Source of the DNA: an uncultured Planctomycetota bacterium
GTDB taxonomy: Bacteria; Planctomycetota; B143-G9
Assembly: GCA_964571525.1 (NCBI GenBank)
Contig: CAZNBY010000007.1
Location: 13,942 to 77,941, forward strand
Length of the DNA stretch: 64,000 nt
Direction of reading: 5' to 3'
Of this stretch, positions 8,958 through 19,159 are shown in pieces. Below the pieces are notes generated by a model. That model was not told the DNA's origin, made no database searches, and was given only the letters and a program-made list of their open reading frames with translations. A program made the translations under genes and the position numbers. Every line of letters starts with the position of its first letter. Position 1 is the first letter of the stretch.

Positions 8958-10111
8958 TGCAAAAGGAAGTTACTTGCACAATTGATTCTACACCTATCTC
9001 AAGCGACCTCGGTGATTTCACCCAAATTTATAACGCGCAACAAGGTACGCTTACAATATTGGATGATAAGGGCGAAGTAAGTGCTCGCATCCAACCTTTT
9101 CGAAACTCATATCATAACGAGTATCAGTATGTGGTAATGATTGACTGCGCACCTTGCATGTACTCACAGGGGACAAGTCGCATCGAACCTCTTCAGTTGG
9201 TTGGCGGAACGCAGTATAGGCTGCTGAAGCCAATATTCGTTTCACCAGCCACATTGGACGGTGAGTATGTGCTTATCTATGAAGAAGGGCTAATTCTGTG
9301 GAAGTACCGAAGTGGTGAAGTCGTGTATACATTGGACGGAAGTGATTATATATTGGGATGCTATGCGTTTCATCAATGGGGAGGGTCAGTTCTCATCGCA
9401 ACAAAGAACGCGTTGAACGAGCTGAATATCAAGAACCGAATCCTAAAGCGCGTCTGCAGTATTTCCGAAAAAGAGCGAGTAGCGTTTGAGCAATCAGGCT
9501 CACAACTTGCGATCTACGAGTGTAAGGAGAGCAGATTTCTGTGGGATAAAAACACGACCTACAAGCTGTGTATAAAGGTGTACCAAATTGACCGAGTCAT
9601 TGCAGAGGGCAAAGATGGTTATGAATATGTAGTTCGCGACAAGTTAAAGCTATATGCGCTTTGGCCATATATTGGGCAGGTGTATTTTCTTGGTAAATCT
9701 GGCATACTTTTCAATCAAGCTCGAAATTTGTGCTATGGCAGAAAGGGAGAATTGGTTGATGTAGCAGTTGTAGTTGACAAAGGAATACAGTTCGATGGAG
9801 GTGTAACTTGCTTTGCTGGTTTTGTTCAGACAGCAAGAGATGAAATCTTCGATATGTTCAAGGGAACACGCCAGAAATTCGATGGATCCGTGCACATGGT
9901 ACACGCAGTTTGGTGTACGGGGAGTTATGTATTCGTTCAAGACGGTTGCCTAAATCTCTACTTCACTGACATTGACAAGCGAGATGGATTCAAGAAGGTA
10001 GAGACTTCATTCTCCGAAATTCCGGCGCACTATGTACTTGATGGAAGCAAGTTCATCTGCCTTGCGTATGACGGTAAGTACATCGGAACAATGGACTCAT
10101 GCCTGAAGTGA
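8915..10111 (+). CDS. Hypothetical protein, C-terminal part of the same probably frameshifted gene
   Basis: Overlaps the previous ORF by 43 nt in a different frame. Adding one T in the T5 run (8924..8928) fuses the two reading frames. Confidence 0.4.
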   Translation: MRLVFMLFRDGFELVQKEVTCTIDSTPISSDLGDFTQIYNAQQGTLTILDDKGEVSARIQPFRNSYHNEYQYVVMIDCAPCMYSQGTSRIEPLQLVGGTQYRLLKPIFVSPATLDGEYVLIYEEGLILWKYRSGEVVYTLDGSDYILGCYAFHQWGGSVLIATKNALNELNIKNRILKRVCSISEKERVAFEQSGSQLAIYECKESRFLWDKNTTYKLCIKVYQIDRVIAEGKDGYEYVVRDKLKLYALWPYIGQVYFLGKSGILFNQARNLCYGRKGELVDVAVVVDKGIQFDGGVTCFAGFVQTARDEIFDMFKGTRQKFDGSVHMVHAVWCTGSYVFVQDGCLNLYFTDIDKRDGFKKVETSFSEIPAHYVLDGSKFICLAYDGKYIGTMDSCLK

Positions 10112-10147
10112 GAGTTGGATGATGCCGGCTTGTTGATAATATCGCTA

Positions 10148-13100
10148 TTAGTCACCTTTCTTCTTGCTGTGATCCAACAACTCGGAAATCGCGCGTTCGA
10201 TTTGTGGGTCAATGCCCTTGGCCATGTCTGACAGGTCGCGATCAAGGACAATTTGAGGGCGAGTTGGAGAGCGTTCGAGGTTGCGGCCGCCAGCATCCAC
10301 AACCTTGTACTGCGGGAGCCTCATCCAAGTGCCATCAGGTAATTGCCGTCCCCATGTGCCTATAACTCCACCCGCGGTCGGTGTCCCGATTGTAACACCA
10401 AGCCCCACCGTAGAAAACGCGCATAGCATCATCTCTGCGTTGCTAAAAGAAGCAAAATTGAAAAGCCCTGCCACAGGATGCGGATAGATGAAATCCCTTA
10501 GCATATCCTCTGAAATCTCTTTGCCGCCACGCATTGATGTGAAGGCAAAATGCTGCTGTTTGAGCAACTCGACGACCTTAAATGCGACAAATCCACCACC
10601 GTTGTACCTGAAATCAAGCACTGCCCCTTTTGTTGTCGAGGCGATCTTCTCAAGTTCAGATTTTAGATGGTCGTAATCGGGCTGCATCATGTTTTGTATG
10701 TATATGTAACCAAGCGTGCCACCGCTTTTTGTAGCGACAAAACGGCGGTTGCCGTCAATCCACTCGTCATGGCAAAGTTGTATCATCTCGGCAACGCTGG
10801 TACGGGTGTATCTGACGGTGCGTTTGCTCTCGCCTGCCTTATCAGATACTACAGTAAGCTCGACAAGCTCGGGATTTATCCAAAGAAGGCTGTGTACATC
10901 GGTGCCAGCAACTATCTCTCTCCCATTTACCGCTACAACCTTATCCCCCTGCATAAGCCCCGACGACTTTCTTGCCGCAGGAGAGCCTTTTACAATATGT
11001 CGCACCCTTAACTCGCCACGCTCGATTGCAACATCGTCGTGCATAAAGCCCAAATGTGGTATATCTGCCACAACTGGGCGGTCTTTACCCTTCTTTTCGC
11101 GAAAGAATCCCATGTGCGAGGCGTTGAACTCGCCTGACACCTCATCCATAAGCCATTCGAACTGCTCATCAGTTGTGCATGAGGCTATCAAGGGAATATA
11201 TCGCGCACGAAGAGTATCGAGATCCACACCATGCATGGCTGTATCATAAAATGCGCTACGAAGATGCCAAAGGTACTCGTCAAAAATTGCGTATCTTAGG
11301 GCTTCGGCTGAGATAGTTCGCATGATCTTATCTGGTGTTATCTTGCTTGTTGAGCCATTTGTTAGGTCAATTCGATATAGACTTCCCGCACATAAAAAGT
11401 AAGCATACGCGCCATGAGAATCGCACTTGAGTTTTGTCTTTGCGCCTGCTATTGTCTTAATCAGCTTTGCATCCTTGTTGTTAGGCTTCAGGGCAATGGA
11501 GTAGATAGTATCACCCTCAACACCCCCAACAAAAAGCATGGTCTTGCCGTCAGTAAGCAGGACAGGGTAGTCTTGTGAGCCTTCAACTGACGGTGCCGCC
11601 AAATGTGTCTTCTGAGCGATATCAGTCAAAGAGGGAAGCTCGACGGGTGGCTTTGGCGCATCAGGCTGTTTACCATCGGTCTTGTCGCCGTCTTTTTTAT
11701 CGTTCGGGTCTGGGGGATTCAGCACTTTGTCAAGCGCATCCTTTGTGTCAGCGGGCAGGGGAGGTTCGACTCCTTTAAGATCAACAAGATAGATTTTGGG
11801 CTTATCGAACCATGGATTTGCATAGACAAAGAAGGAGTAGTCCTTAGAAAACGCGCCAGCGTATGAATGGCCGCCTATGTAAGACATAAGCACGGGTGGA
11901 GAATTCTCATCAAGCCTCTTAACCATGCACTCCTGGCGCATAATGTCGTTGAAAGCGAGATAGCACATGAACTTGCCGTCTGAAGTGAAGTTGAACCAAC
12001 GCTCATCAAGAAGATAGCGTCGAGGCAGTGTGCCAGATACAAGAGTTCTTGTGTTTCCACCATCGGCATCCATTGCACGAATCTCGTCAAAATTGTAATG
12101 ATATGCGATGAACTTGCCGTCTGGTGAGTATAAAGGTGTACAGAAGTTACCACCGCCAGATGTCAATGCAGTTTCGCTTCCGTCCGCGATATTCATTCTG
12201 ACAATATCTTTTCCAGCATATGTGATGCGATTGAAAAGGATGTACTGCGAGTCAGGCGACCAGCTCGGGTGGCATTCTCGTACCGCTGTGCGCGTAAGCT
12301 GCTTAACATATCCGCCTGTTGCTGCCATGACAAAAAGGTCGTGCTTGTGTACAAAAACGACCTTCTTGTTGTCGGGCGATATTGCGTAATCGGTTATTGA
12401 AGTGTCCTCGGTGGCAAAATCAGGAGCAACGAACTTCTGCATCGGAGCGATTACTATATCAATAGGCTCTGCGATCCCGTTATTCGGGTCAATCCTGCAA
12501 AGCCTGTGGTTACGCTCGGTGACGATAATGCCAGCCTTTGCCGCAACAGCGTATCTTCCAACGCCTTTGTCAATAAAATGGGTAAGCTGCCTTGGGGAGT
12601 CTTCAGTGTCCTTCCGGTACAAATTCCACGAACCATCTGCGTCTGAAATGTAGTAAAAACCGCGTCCATCTGGCGACCATGTCGGAAAAAACTCATGGCA
12701 ATCGTTGTTTGTAATCCGCACAAAATTAGAGATGGGAACTGTATTATCGGCAAGATATATCTCTGCTGCACCTGGATTGAAGTTACCTCGGCGAGCCATG
12801 TCTTCGACAGAAGCCCGATAGTTGATAAGCAGCTTTGTGCCGTCTGGGGAGGGTGAGGCTCCGTAAACGGGATCATTTGGAATATCCACTAACTTTGATG
12901 GTGTGCCGCCAGAGAATGGCACGCGATAGACGGTCATTGCGCGGTCTCTGTGAGAATGGAAATAGATGAACTTGCCATCGGGCGACCAAGCGGTCGGTGT
13001 CTCTTCAGCATTAAACCAAGTCAGCCTGCGTGATACACCACCTTTCGCGGGTATCACATAGATATTTGAAAAACCTGAGTGATTTGCCGAATATGCGATC

Positions 13101-13348
13101 CACACTCCGTCTGGCGAAAAGACTGGATTCGACTCATGTGCCATATCAATTGTCAATCTTACAGCCTCGCCACCTGAAATAGGGGCGGTCATAATGTCGC
13201 CTTCGTACTCAAACGCGATCGTGCTGCCGTCCGGCGAAAGGGAAGGGCAGCGCAGAAGCAAAGCGGGTTGCTTTGCATTTTCCTCGCAATACACAAGAGT
13301 TACGGCAACAAGAAAAGCAATGCAGAGCACGGTCGAATACCTGAGCAT
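10148..13348 (-). CDS. Tricorn protease homologue (N-terminal beta-propellers, PDZ, C-terminal S41-type peptidase)
   Basis: 1066 aa with signal peptide. N-terminus has repeated PDGxxIAF/SPDG propeller blades. PDZ segment GDKVVAVNGREI. C-terminal S41-like region ...RYNGGGFVAF.... Confidence 0.7.
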   Translation of the reverse strand: MLRYSTVLCIAFLVAVTLVYCEENAKQPALLLRCPSLSPDGSTIAFEYEGDIMTAPISGGEAVRLTIDMAHESNPVFSPDGVWIAYSANHSGFSNIYVIPAKGGVSRRLTWFNAEETPTAWSPDGKFIYFHSHRDRAMTVYRVPFSGGTPSKLVDIPNDPVYGASPSPDGTKLLINYRASVEDMARRGNFNPGAAEIYLADNTVPISNFVRITNNDCHEFFPTWSPDGRGFYYISDADGSWNLYRKDTEDSPRQLTHFIDKGVGRYAVAAKAGIIVTERNHRLCRIDPNNGIAEPIDIVIAPMQKFVAPDFATEDTSITDYAISPDNKKVVFVHKHDLFVMAATGGYVKQLTRTAVRECHPSWSPDSQYILFNRITYAGKDIVRMNIADGSETALTSGGGNFCTPLYSPDGKFIAYHYNFDEIRAMDADGGNTRTLVSGTLPRRYLLDERWFNFTSDGKFMCYLAFNDIMRQECMVKRLDENSPPVLMSYIGGHSYAGAFSKDYSFFVYANPWFDKPKIYLVDLKGVEPPLPADTKDALDKVLNPPDPNDKKDGDKTDGKQPDAPKPPVELPSLTDIAQKTHLAAPSVEGSQDYPVLLTDGKTMLFVGGVEGDTIYSIALKPNNKDAKLIKTIAGAKTKLKCDSHGAYAYFLCAGSLYRIDLTNGSTSKITPDKIMRTISAEALRYAIFDEYLWHLRSAFYDTAMHGVDLDTLRARYIPLIASCTTDEQFEWLMDEVSGEFNASHMGFFREKKGKDRPVVADIPHLGFMHDDVAIERGELRVRHIVKGSPAARKSSGLMQGDKVVAVNGREIVAGTDVHSLLWINPELVELTVVSDKAGESKRTVRYTRTSVAEMIQLCHDEWIDGNRRFVATKSGGTLGYIYIQNMMQPDYDHLKSELEKIASTTKGAVLDFRYNGGGFVAFKVVELLKQQHFAFTSMRGGKEISEDMLRDFIYPHPVAGLFNFASFSNAEMMLCAFSTVGLGVTIGTPTAGGVIGTWGRQLPDGTWMRLPQYKVVDAGGRNLERSPTRPQIVLDRDLSDMAKGIDPQIERAISELLDHSKKKGD

Positions 13349-13494
13349 ATAGGCCCTCCGAATGCAATTATGATACTGATTTTGGCGTCTGTATCACCTT
13401 TGTGCAGCATGATTTCTATCCTTGCTGGTTAGGATTTAGTGCACACAGACCTAAAAGCCTTAGAATGATAGGATAACTTGAAGCAAAGAAGTAG

Positions 13495-13523
13495 TTGACA
13501 AATCAACAGTTGTATTGTATAAT
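13495..13523 (+). promoter_or_regulatory. Consensus sigma70 promoter TTGACA-17-TATAAT
   Basis: ttgaca at 13495..13500, a 17-nt spacer, tataat at 13518..13523. An RBS GGAGGT and ATG at 13550 follow. Confidence 0.55.
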
Positions 13524-13549
13524 TAGTGCATCACCTTGACGGAGGTCGT

Positions 13550-14935
13550 ATGTCGAACAAGCATATCCGTTGGTTGTACGACGAACTGCCGAAGCTGAAA
13601 TCGCTTGGGATCATTGACGATGCCGCTGACAACGCAATCCGAAACCACTATGGCGAACCCAGCATAATCAATTACGCTAAGCTGTTCTTAGCGATATTCG
13701 GCGTTATCGGCGCAGTTCTAATCGTCTCTGGCATGATTCTTATCGTTGCATATAACTGGGATGAGCTTCCAATCTTGATTAAAACGGTGTTCGCGTTTCT
13801 GCCAATGATTGTGGCGCAGATAATGGGTGGATGGGTGCTGTTGCGCAAAAACGACTCCATGCCTTGGCGCGAGGCTATATCAGTGTCCATTATCTTGACC
13901 GTTGCGCTGTGCATAGGCCTGATTTCGCAGATTTACAATCTTGGAGGCGAGCTTCGCGATTTCCTGTTGGTCTGGCTAATACTCTCCATACCTGTGATGT
14001 ACATATTCCGATCTTTTGCATCCTATGTTCTCGTCGCGGCCATCCTTCCATGGTGGGCTCTGCAATCGGTGGGCGATAGGGTAACTCCTCATCTTCTATG
14101 GCCGTTCTTCTTTGCCATTGTTGCTTATGCCTTTTGGATCGTCAGGAAAAACGCGTCGCTGCCTCAATCAAGGTTGATGCTTGTCGCGTCCTTTGGCATG
14201 TTTGCTTTTTGCATTGGCGCGTCAATGGCTGATTACAATGTTTTCGAAACCTCAGGAGTTGTCTTTGTATATATGACATTCTTTTCCGTTATGTACCTGC
14301 TCACCAAGACATTGCTCGATAACAATGAGACCGAGTTTCCCGAGCTTAAGGCGATTGGCATTATTGGTCTTGCTGGATTTCTTATATTCACGACCTTCAG
14401 TGATTCATGGAAGCACGAGAAAATCACCTCTTCGTTTATTGACATTTCGCTCGAAGGGATCGGCTTTATGGGGTTCGCGACTCTAATTGTCTTTGCTGGT
14501 ATTGTCGTATTGTGGGCTGTACTCGCATCTCGTGAGAATATAAGAAAGGGATTGACATCAGTGGCAGTCGCTGCGGCCCCGTTAGTGTTCGTACTAAACA
14601 CTGTGTTAACAGAGTATTCTCAAATCTACCTTTTCCCTGCGACGATTCAGTCCGCAATGATGCTGTGGCTGGGCATCGCAATGCTCGTCGAGGGCTTTAG
14701 GCGAGAGAGTCTGATTAGGATTAACTTCGGCACCTTGACGATTTGCGTGTTGGTTTTGCTCCGCTTCTTTGATTCTGATTTCCCTTACCTTGCCCGTGGG
14801 TTCGCCTTCATTTTGGTCGGTTGCGCCTTTGTGTATGTTAACTATCTGGTCGTTAAGTCGCAAAGAAAGCGCAAGCTCCAAACACCCGTTGTACCGAAGC
14901 CCGTGGAAACGGCAGAGGTGAAGAATGATCAATAA
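13550..14935 (+). CDS. Polytopic membrane protein, DUF2157/DUF4401-like (fusion)
   Basis: Start moved to ATG 13550 (MSNKHIRWLYDEL) because the -10 box overlaps the track start. More than 10 predicted TM helices. Confidence 0.6.
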   Translation: MSNKHIRWLYDELPKLKSLGIIDDAADNAIRNHYGEPSIINYAKLFLAIFGVIGAVLIVSGMILIVAYNWDELPILIKTVFAFLPMIVAQIMGGWVLLRKNDSMPWREAISVSIILTVALCIGLISQIYNLGGELRDFLLVWLILSIPVMYIFRSFASYVLVAAILPWWALQSVGDRVTPHLLWPFFFAIVAYAFWIVRKNASLPQSRLMLVASFGMFAFCIGASMADYNVFETSGVVFVYMTFFSVMYLLTKTLLDNNETEFPELKAIGIIGLAGFLIFTTFSDSWKHEKITSSFIDISLEGIGFMGFATLIVFAGIVVLWAVLASRENIRKGLTSVAVAAAPLVFVLNTVLTEYSQIYLFPATIQSAMMLWLGIAMLVEGFRRESLIRINFGTLTICVLVLLRFFDSDFPYLARGFAFILVGCAFVYVNYLVVKSQRKRKLQTPVVPKPVETAEVKNDQ

Positions 14936-15497
14936 GCTGGTTCTTGGCATTTTCATACTTCTCTGTATTGCACAAATCTGTATCCCGATGTATAGCATCT
15001 ACAGGCTGGACCAGATTTCACAGCACGGGAATGTGTTCAAGTTCAAGGTACAGCCATACGACCCAAGGGATCCATTTCGCGGAAAATTTATTGCAATTCA
15101 ATATCACAGCAAGCAGCTTCGTTTTCCGACAGATCCCAAGCTGAACTACAATGATACTGTATATGCCCGGTTTACCAAGGAAGAGGATGGATTCGCAAAG
15201 CTTGAATCAGTCCATAAGACTCCGCCGCAGGGCAACGACTACATTAGATGCAGGGTAGGTTGGGGAAATGTGGAGGAAACATACATAACACTGCCGATGA
15301 ATAAGCTGTTTCTGAACGAGAAAATGGCTCCAGAAGCCGAAAGAGCATACTTTCGCGCTATTAACGAGAATAACAACCTGAAATGCTACGCCCTTGTCGC
15401 GATTTATCGCGGAACAGGGGTGCTGAAGGATGTGTATATAGAAGACATGCCGATTGTGCAGTTTGTTCGAATGGAGATGCAGAAGAACAAGAAGTGA
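14925..15497 (+). CDS. GDYXXLXY-family membrane-anchored protein (variant motif GKFIAIQY)
   Basis: N-terminal TM helix, then DPRDPFRGKFIAIQY, which resembles the DPRDxFRGDYxxLxY signature. Start overlaps the upstream stop, suggesting an operon with the DUF2157 gene. Confidence 0.55.
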   Translation: MINKLVLGIFILLCIAQICIPMYSIYRLDQISQHGNVFKFKVQPYDPRDPFRGKFIAIQYHSKQLRFPTDPKLNYNDTVYARFTKEEDGFAKLESVHKTPPQGNDYIRCRVGWGNVEETYITLPMNKLFLNEKMAPEAERAYFRAINENNNLKCYALVAIYRGTGVLKDVYIEDMPIVQFVRMEMQKNKK

Positions 15498-15540
15498 AGC
15501 TTGTATCAGTTCTGACAAGGCGGTCGCGCTAACTGCAAAG

Positions 15541-15579
15541 ACGGATCAAAACGACACCCTGCCATTGATGCAGGGTGTC
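15541..15579 (-). terminator. Probable terminator for the minus-strand regulator operon
   Basis: GACACCCTGC-cattgat-GCAGGGTGTC followed on the minus strand by GTTTTGATCC. Confidence 0.45.
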
Positions 15580-15649
15580 GGCGGTGAGTTAACTGTGATA
15601 GACGGTGTCTTATTCGCAAACCGGCGTCAAACTTCAGTCAATCGCAATC

Positions 15650-17005
15650 TTAAACCTCCAACAGCTCGTCAATCTTCTGTTCACTTATACCAAGTTCTGA
15701 TGCAGCCTTTGCCTTATCATCTCCAAAGAACTTTAGCATGCGCTCAATGTGTTCGCGCTGAACAGCCGCAAGCGAACGGGGTACAAAAGAGGGTTCACGC
15801 TTTCCTTCAGCGGTGAGTATCTTGCCGAGTATGTACGGAGAAAGCGATTGAAGCTCGATCACAGAGCCTTCTGTGTTGACCACCGCTGCGGCCACAATGC
15901 TTCTAAGCTCTTGAATGTTATCGGGAAAATCGTATTTTTGAAGTGCGGCGAGAAAGTCGTCAGAGAAGGTTAGTCCGGTCTTGCCTGTGCGCGCCATCTC
16001 ATCTGCAAGAAAGGACTTTGCAAGAATTGGCACATCCTGAATTCGCTCGCGAAGGGGTGGAAAGCGCAGTGAATTGACCATCAGGTGATAAAGCAAGTCG
16101 CGTGAGAAGGTATTGACGAACTCCTCCGCAGTAAGATCCTTCAGCGAGGAGACAATGAACCGCACATCCGCCTTCATGATTCGGGTTGAGTTCTCTCGAT
16201 AATACTCGTTGGTTTGAATCACGCGTAATAGACGAGTTTGAACGGGGATAGTCAACCTATCTATTTCATTCAGAAACAGGGTACCGCCCGTTGCAGCCTC
16301 GATGAAGCCGGGCATCTCCTGCTTTGTTCCGCTCCAATCACGGTCTTGACCGAACAACACAGCCGCAAAGCTGATCACATCATAAGACGCCGCATTAACT
16401 GACACAAACGGGCCAGTGCAGCGTGGGCTTGCCGCGTGGATTGCCCGTGCAAGGGCTTCTTTCCCCAATCCATGTTCGCCCCAGATGAAAACACTGAGAT
16501 CACTTGCCGCAATTTTTTCAGCAGCATGCAGCACGCGTATCGTTGCAGGATCTGATGTTGGGAAGTGCTCAAAAGCTTCTTTGTGTACAAGGTCTTCGCG
16601 CTTCAGCGAAGTCGGCAGTTCGCTGATCTTGCTGTGCACATCCTTATGCTTTATCGCTGCAACAAGCGTTCCCAAAAGCTGCTCGTCATCAACGGGCTTT
16701 GTAAGGTAGTCAAATGCGCCCAGCTTCATTGCCTTAACCGCAAGGTCAACATCGCTAACGCCTGTCAGTATTATCACTGGTGAGGATATTTTCTTGTCTT
16801 TTATTATCTTCAGTATCTCAAGTCCATTGAGCTTTGGCATATCCATATCGAGCAAAATGGCATCAAACTCAAAGCGGTCAAGGAGATCCGGCACTGTGCT
16901 TGAGTCGTTCACAACGGTGCTTTCATACTCCTCTGTTTGCATTAGGAAGACCATGAAATAGTTGGTTACAGCGATATCGTCGTCAACAAGCAGTACTCTT
17001 TTCAT
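15650..17005 (-). CDS. Sigma-54-dependent response regulator (REC + AAA+ sigma54-interaction + Fis-type HTH), NtrC family
   Basis: MKRVLLVDDD...LDMDMPKLNG is the receiver. GEHGLGKEALARAIH is a Walker A variant. C-terminal HTH ...AASELGISEQKI. Confidence 0.85.
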   Translation of the reverse strand: MKRVLLVDDDIAVTNYFMVFLMQTEEYESTVVNDSSTVPDLLDRFEFDAILLDMDMPKLNGLEILKIIKDKKISSPVIILTGVSDVDLAVKAMKLGAFDYLTKPVDDEQLLGTLVAAIKHKDVHSKISELPTSLKREDLVHKEAFEHFPTSDPATIRVLHAAEKIAASDLSVFIWGEHGLGKEALARAIHAASPRCTGPFVSVNAASYDVISFAAVLFGQDRDWSGTKQEMPGFIEAATGGTLFLNEIDRLTIPVQTRLLRVIQTNEYYRENSTRIMKADVRFIVSSLKDLTAEEFVNTFSRDLLYHLMVNSLRFPPLRERIQDVPILAKSFLADEMARTGKTGLTFSDDFLAALQKYDFPDNIQELRSIVAAAVVNTEGSVIELQSLSPYILGKILTAEGKREPSFVPRSLAAVQREHIERMLKFFGDDKAKAASELGISEQKIDELLEV

Positions 17006-17017
17006 ACCTTCTTCCCC

Positions 17018-19033
17018 TTAGTTTTCTGCAGCGGGCATTTTCGCGCTTCTGCGCTTCGCTGGTATGCGGATAGTGAAGGTTGTGCCAACACCCAACTTGC
17101 TTGTTGGCGTTATTGTGCCACCATGCTCTTCGATAATGCTAAAGGCAATTGCAAGGCCAAGTCCCGTTCCGCCTTTGGCTCTGCGCGTTGTAAAGAACGG
17201 GTCGAATATGCGGGCCATAGTCCGCTCGGTCATGCCCTTGCCATCGTCCTTTACCTCTATCGTCAGTTGACTGCCGTCATAACGAGTGCTGACCTCGATA
17301 TTACCACGCCTGTCCTCGGGCATTGCCTCACTCGCGTTTATTATTAAGTTGATAAGAACCTGCTCGATCTTCTGTGCATTTCCGATTATTGTTGGAATAT
17401 CGGGTTGAAGGTCGAGCTTAATATCGGCACGCTTATGCACCTGATTGTGAACCAACCTTGCCGAAGCATCAACTATCGAGTTAAGGTCAACCGTGTCAAT
17501 AAGCAGTCCCTCATCCTTTCGGGCGAAGTTCTTCAGGCCTTCGACAATTCCCTTAATGCGCACCGAACCGTGCTCCATATCGTTGACAAGAGTCATTATG
17601 TGCTGGCGGAAGAAGTCATATTTAAGGCGTGCTATTTTCGTATCGGGGTGCTTGCTTACATAATCGTCAACGATCGGCAGCATGTCTTCGAACGCCTGCT
17701 TTATTATCTTGATGTTGCCGCGGATGAACTGGTTCGGATTGTTAATCTCATGTCCAATGCCTGAAACAAGCTGCCCAAGCGAGGCCAGCTTATCAGCCTG
17801 CTGCAACTGCTGCTGATATGTCTTTTCGAGCGTTATGTTCTTGTAAAACTCTATGATACCTTCGACTTCATGCTCATTGTTGAAGATTGGTATTGCGTGT
17901 ACCTCGAAATACTCATCTTCCTCGGTCTTTATTTCAATGTGAATCGGAGTCTTATCGCGAATGATGCGTGCAAGCCGGCAGTCTTGGCATGGCTTGTCGC
18001 TGTCAAAAAATGTCTTATGGCACTTGTAACCGGGTTTTAGGTCCTCGCGGTTCGTCATCAAAACGGTGCGGTTGCGGTCTATTATCGCGACTTTGTCTGG
18101 GATGGCCTCGAACAGAGTCTCGAGCCTTATGCGCGAGCTTTCCCAGTCTTTACTTATCTTTTCGAAATAGCTATTCACTGTGTTCAGTTTCGTCTTCTGC
18201 TCTTCGATCTCGCGAGTTCTGTTGGCAATCTCAGCCTCAAGCTCCTTAACTCTGTTGCTGTATTCCGCTTCCTCGTCCTCTTTTGCGCGAAGACGGTCGC
18301 GGAATATCTTCCGCTCAAGCGCAAGGTTCAGCATGCGGACGATCTCTTTCAGCATCTTGCGCTCTTCTGGCAGCACTTTCAGACCCGCTGACCTGTATCC
18401 AACGCGTATTTCGCCCATTTTTACGCTATTCACAATGATGTCAGTTATATACTGGTCGTATTGCGGTTCAATACCGTATCTATCGTTCAAGTAAGTGACA
18501 TACACTAATGCGTCTTCAGGATTGTGCATGCCGCGACGCAGATAGTTGGGAAACTCATCAAAAAACTCTGAGACAGAGGGCGAAACCTCTATCCACTCTG
18601 CCACAGCATATATACAGGCAAGCTCTCGCGCTCTTTCGCGGTTCTCCCATTCAGACAGGTTATCCGGCACCTCGAATTGGTCACCAAAGAATAGGTATAG
18701 CAAGCCTGTCTCGTCTTGTATCTTCGTTACGCGAATAAGCACCGCCGAAGTGGATTCCTTAAACGGCGCGAATAGCAGTTTGCCGCGCGTTCCCTGTTCA
18801 ACTGCTTCCATTGCCAGACGGAACTGAGACACTCCGACCTTGTCAAAAGCCTCCGATAACGGTTTTCCGACAATATCAGAGTCTTCTTTTCCAAATCCCT
18901 TGTGGTTAAATGAGCGAGCAAAGCGAATAGTGTCGTTCTGCTCGATAGCAAGAAAGTACTCAAAGCTCTTGCTGAGCGCCTCGATGACTGAGTGGTTGCT
19001 GATGGCTTCATCTCCTTTAAGAGAGGAAGGCAA
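17018..19033 (-). CDS. Cytoplasmic PAS-domain sensor histidine kinase (HisKA + HATPase_c)
   Basis: H-box GHEINNP. C-terminal N, G1 and G2 boxes (NLIINASEAM, DDGKGM, GGTGLGL). Coiled-coil and PAS-like regions upstream. Confidence 0.8.
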   Translation of the reverse strand: MPSSLKGDEAISNHSVIEALSKSFEYFLAIEQNDTIRFARSFNHKGFGKEDSDIVGKPLSEAFDKVGVSQFRLAMEAVEQGTRGKLLFAPFKESTSAVLIRVTKIQDETGLLYLFFGDQFEVPDNLSEWENRERARELACIYAVAEWIEVSPSVSEFFDEFPNYLRRGMHNPEDALVYVTYLNDRYGIEPQYDQYITDIIVNSVKMGEIRVGYRSAGLKVLPEERKMLKEIVRMLNLALERKIFRDRLRAKEDEEAEYSNRVKELEAEIANRTREIEEQKTKLNTVNSYFEKISKDWESSRIRLETLFEAIPDKVAIIDRNRTVLMTNREDLKPGYKCHKTFFDSDKPCQDCRLARIIRDKTPIHIEIKTEEDEYFEVHAIPIFNNEHEVEGIIEFYKNITLEKTYQQQLQQADKLASLGQLVSGIGHEINNPNQFIRGNIKIIKQAFEDMLPIVDDYVSKHPDTKIARLKYDFFRQHIMTLVNDMEHGSVRIKGIVEGLKNFARKDEGLLIDTVDLNSIVDASARLVHNQVHKRADIKLDLQPDIPTIIGNAQKIEQVLINLIINASEAMPEDRRGNIEVSTRYDGSQLTIEVKDDGKGMTERTMARIFDPFFTTRRAKGGTGLGLAIAFSIIEEHGGTITPTSKLGVGTTFTIRIPAKRRSAKMPAAEN

Positions 19034-19159
19034 ATTTTACATGTTTTGTGAAAATATTCACCCCTTTGGCAGTCAGGATGCGCGCATTATGTATCCAAAA
19101 CTTCATGCCATTGAAGGGGAAGGGGGCAGCCTTATTTGGTGCTTGGGCTTGGCAATATG

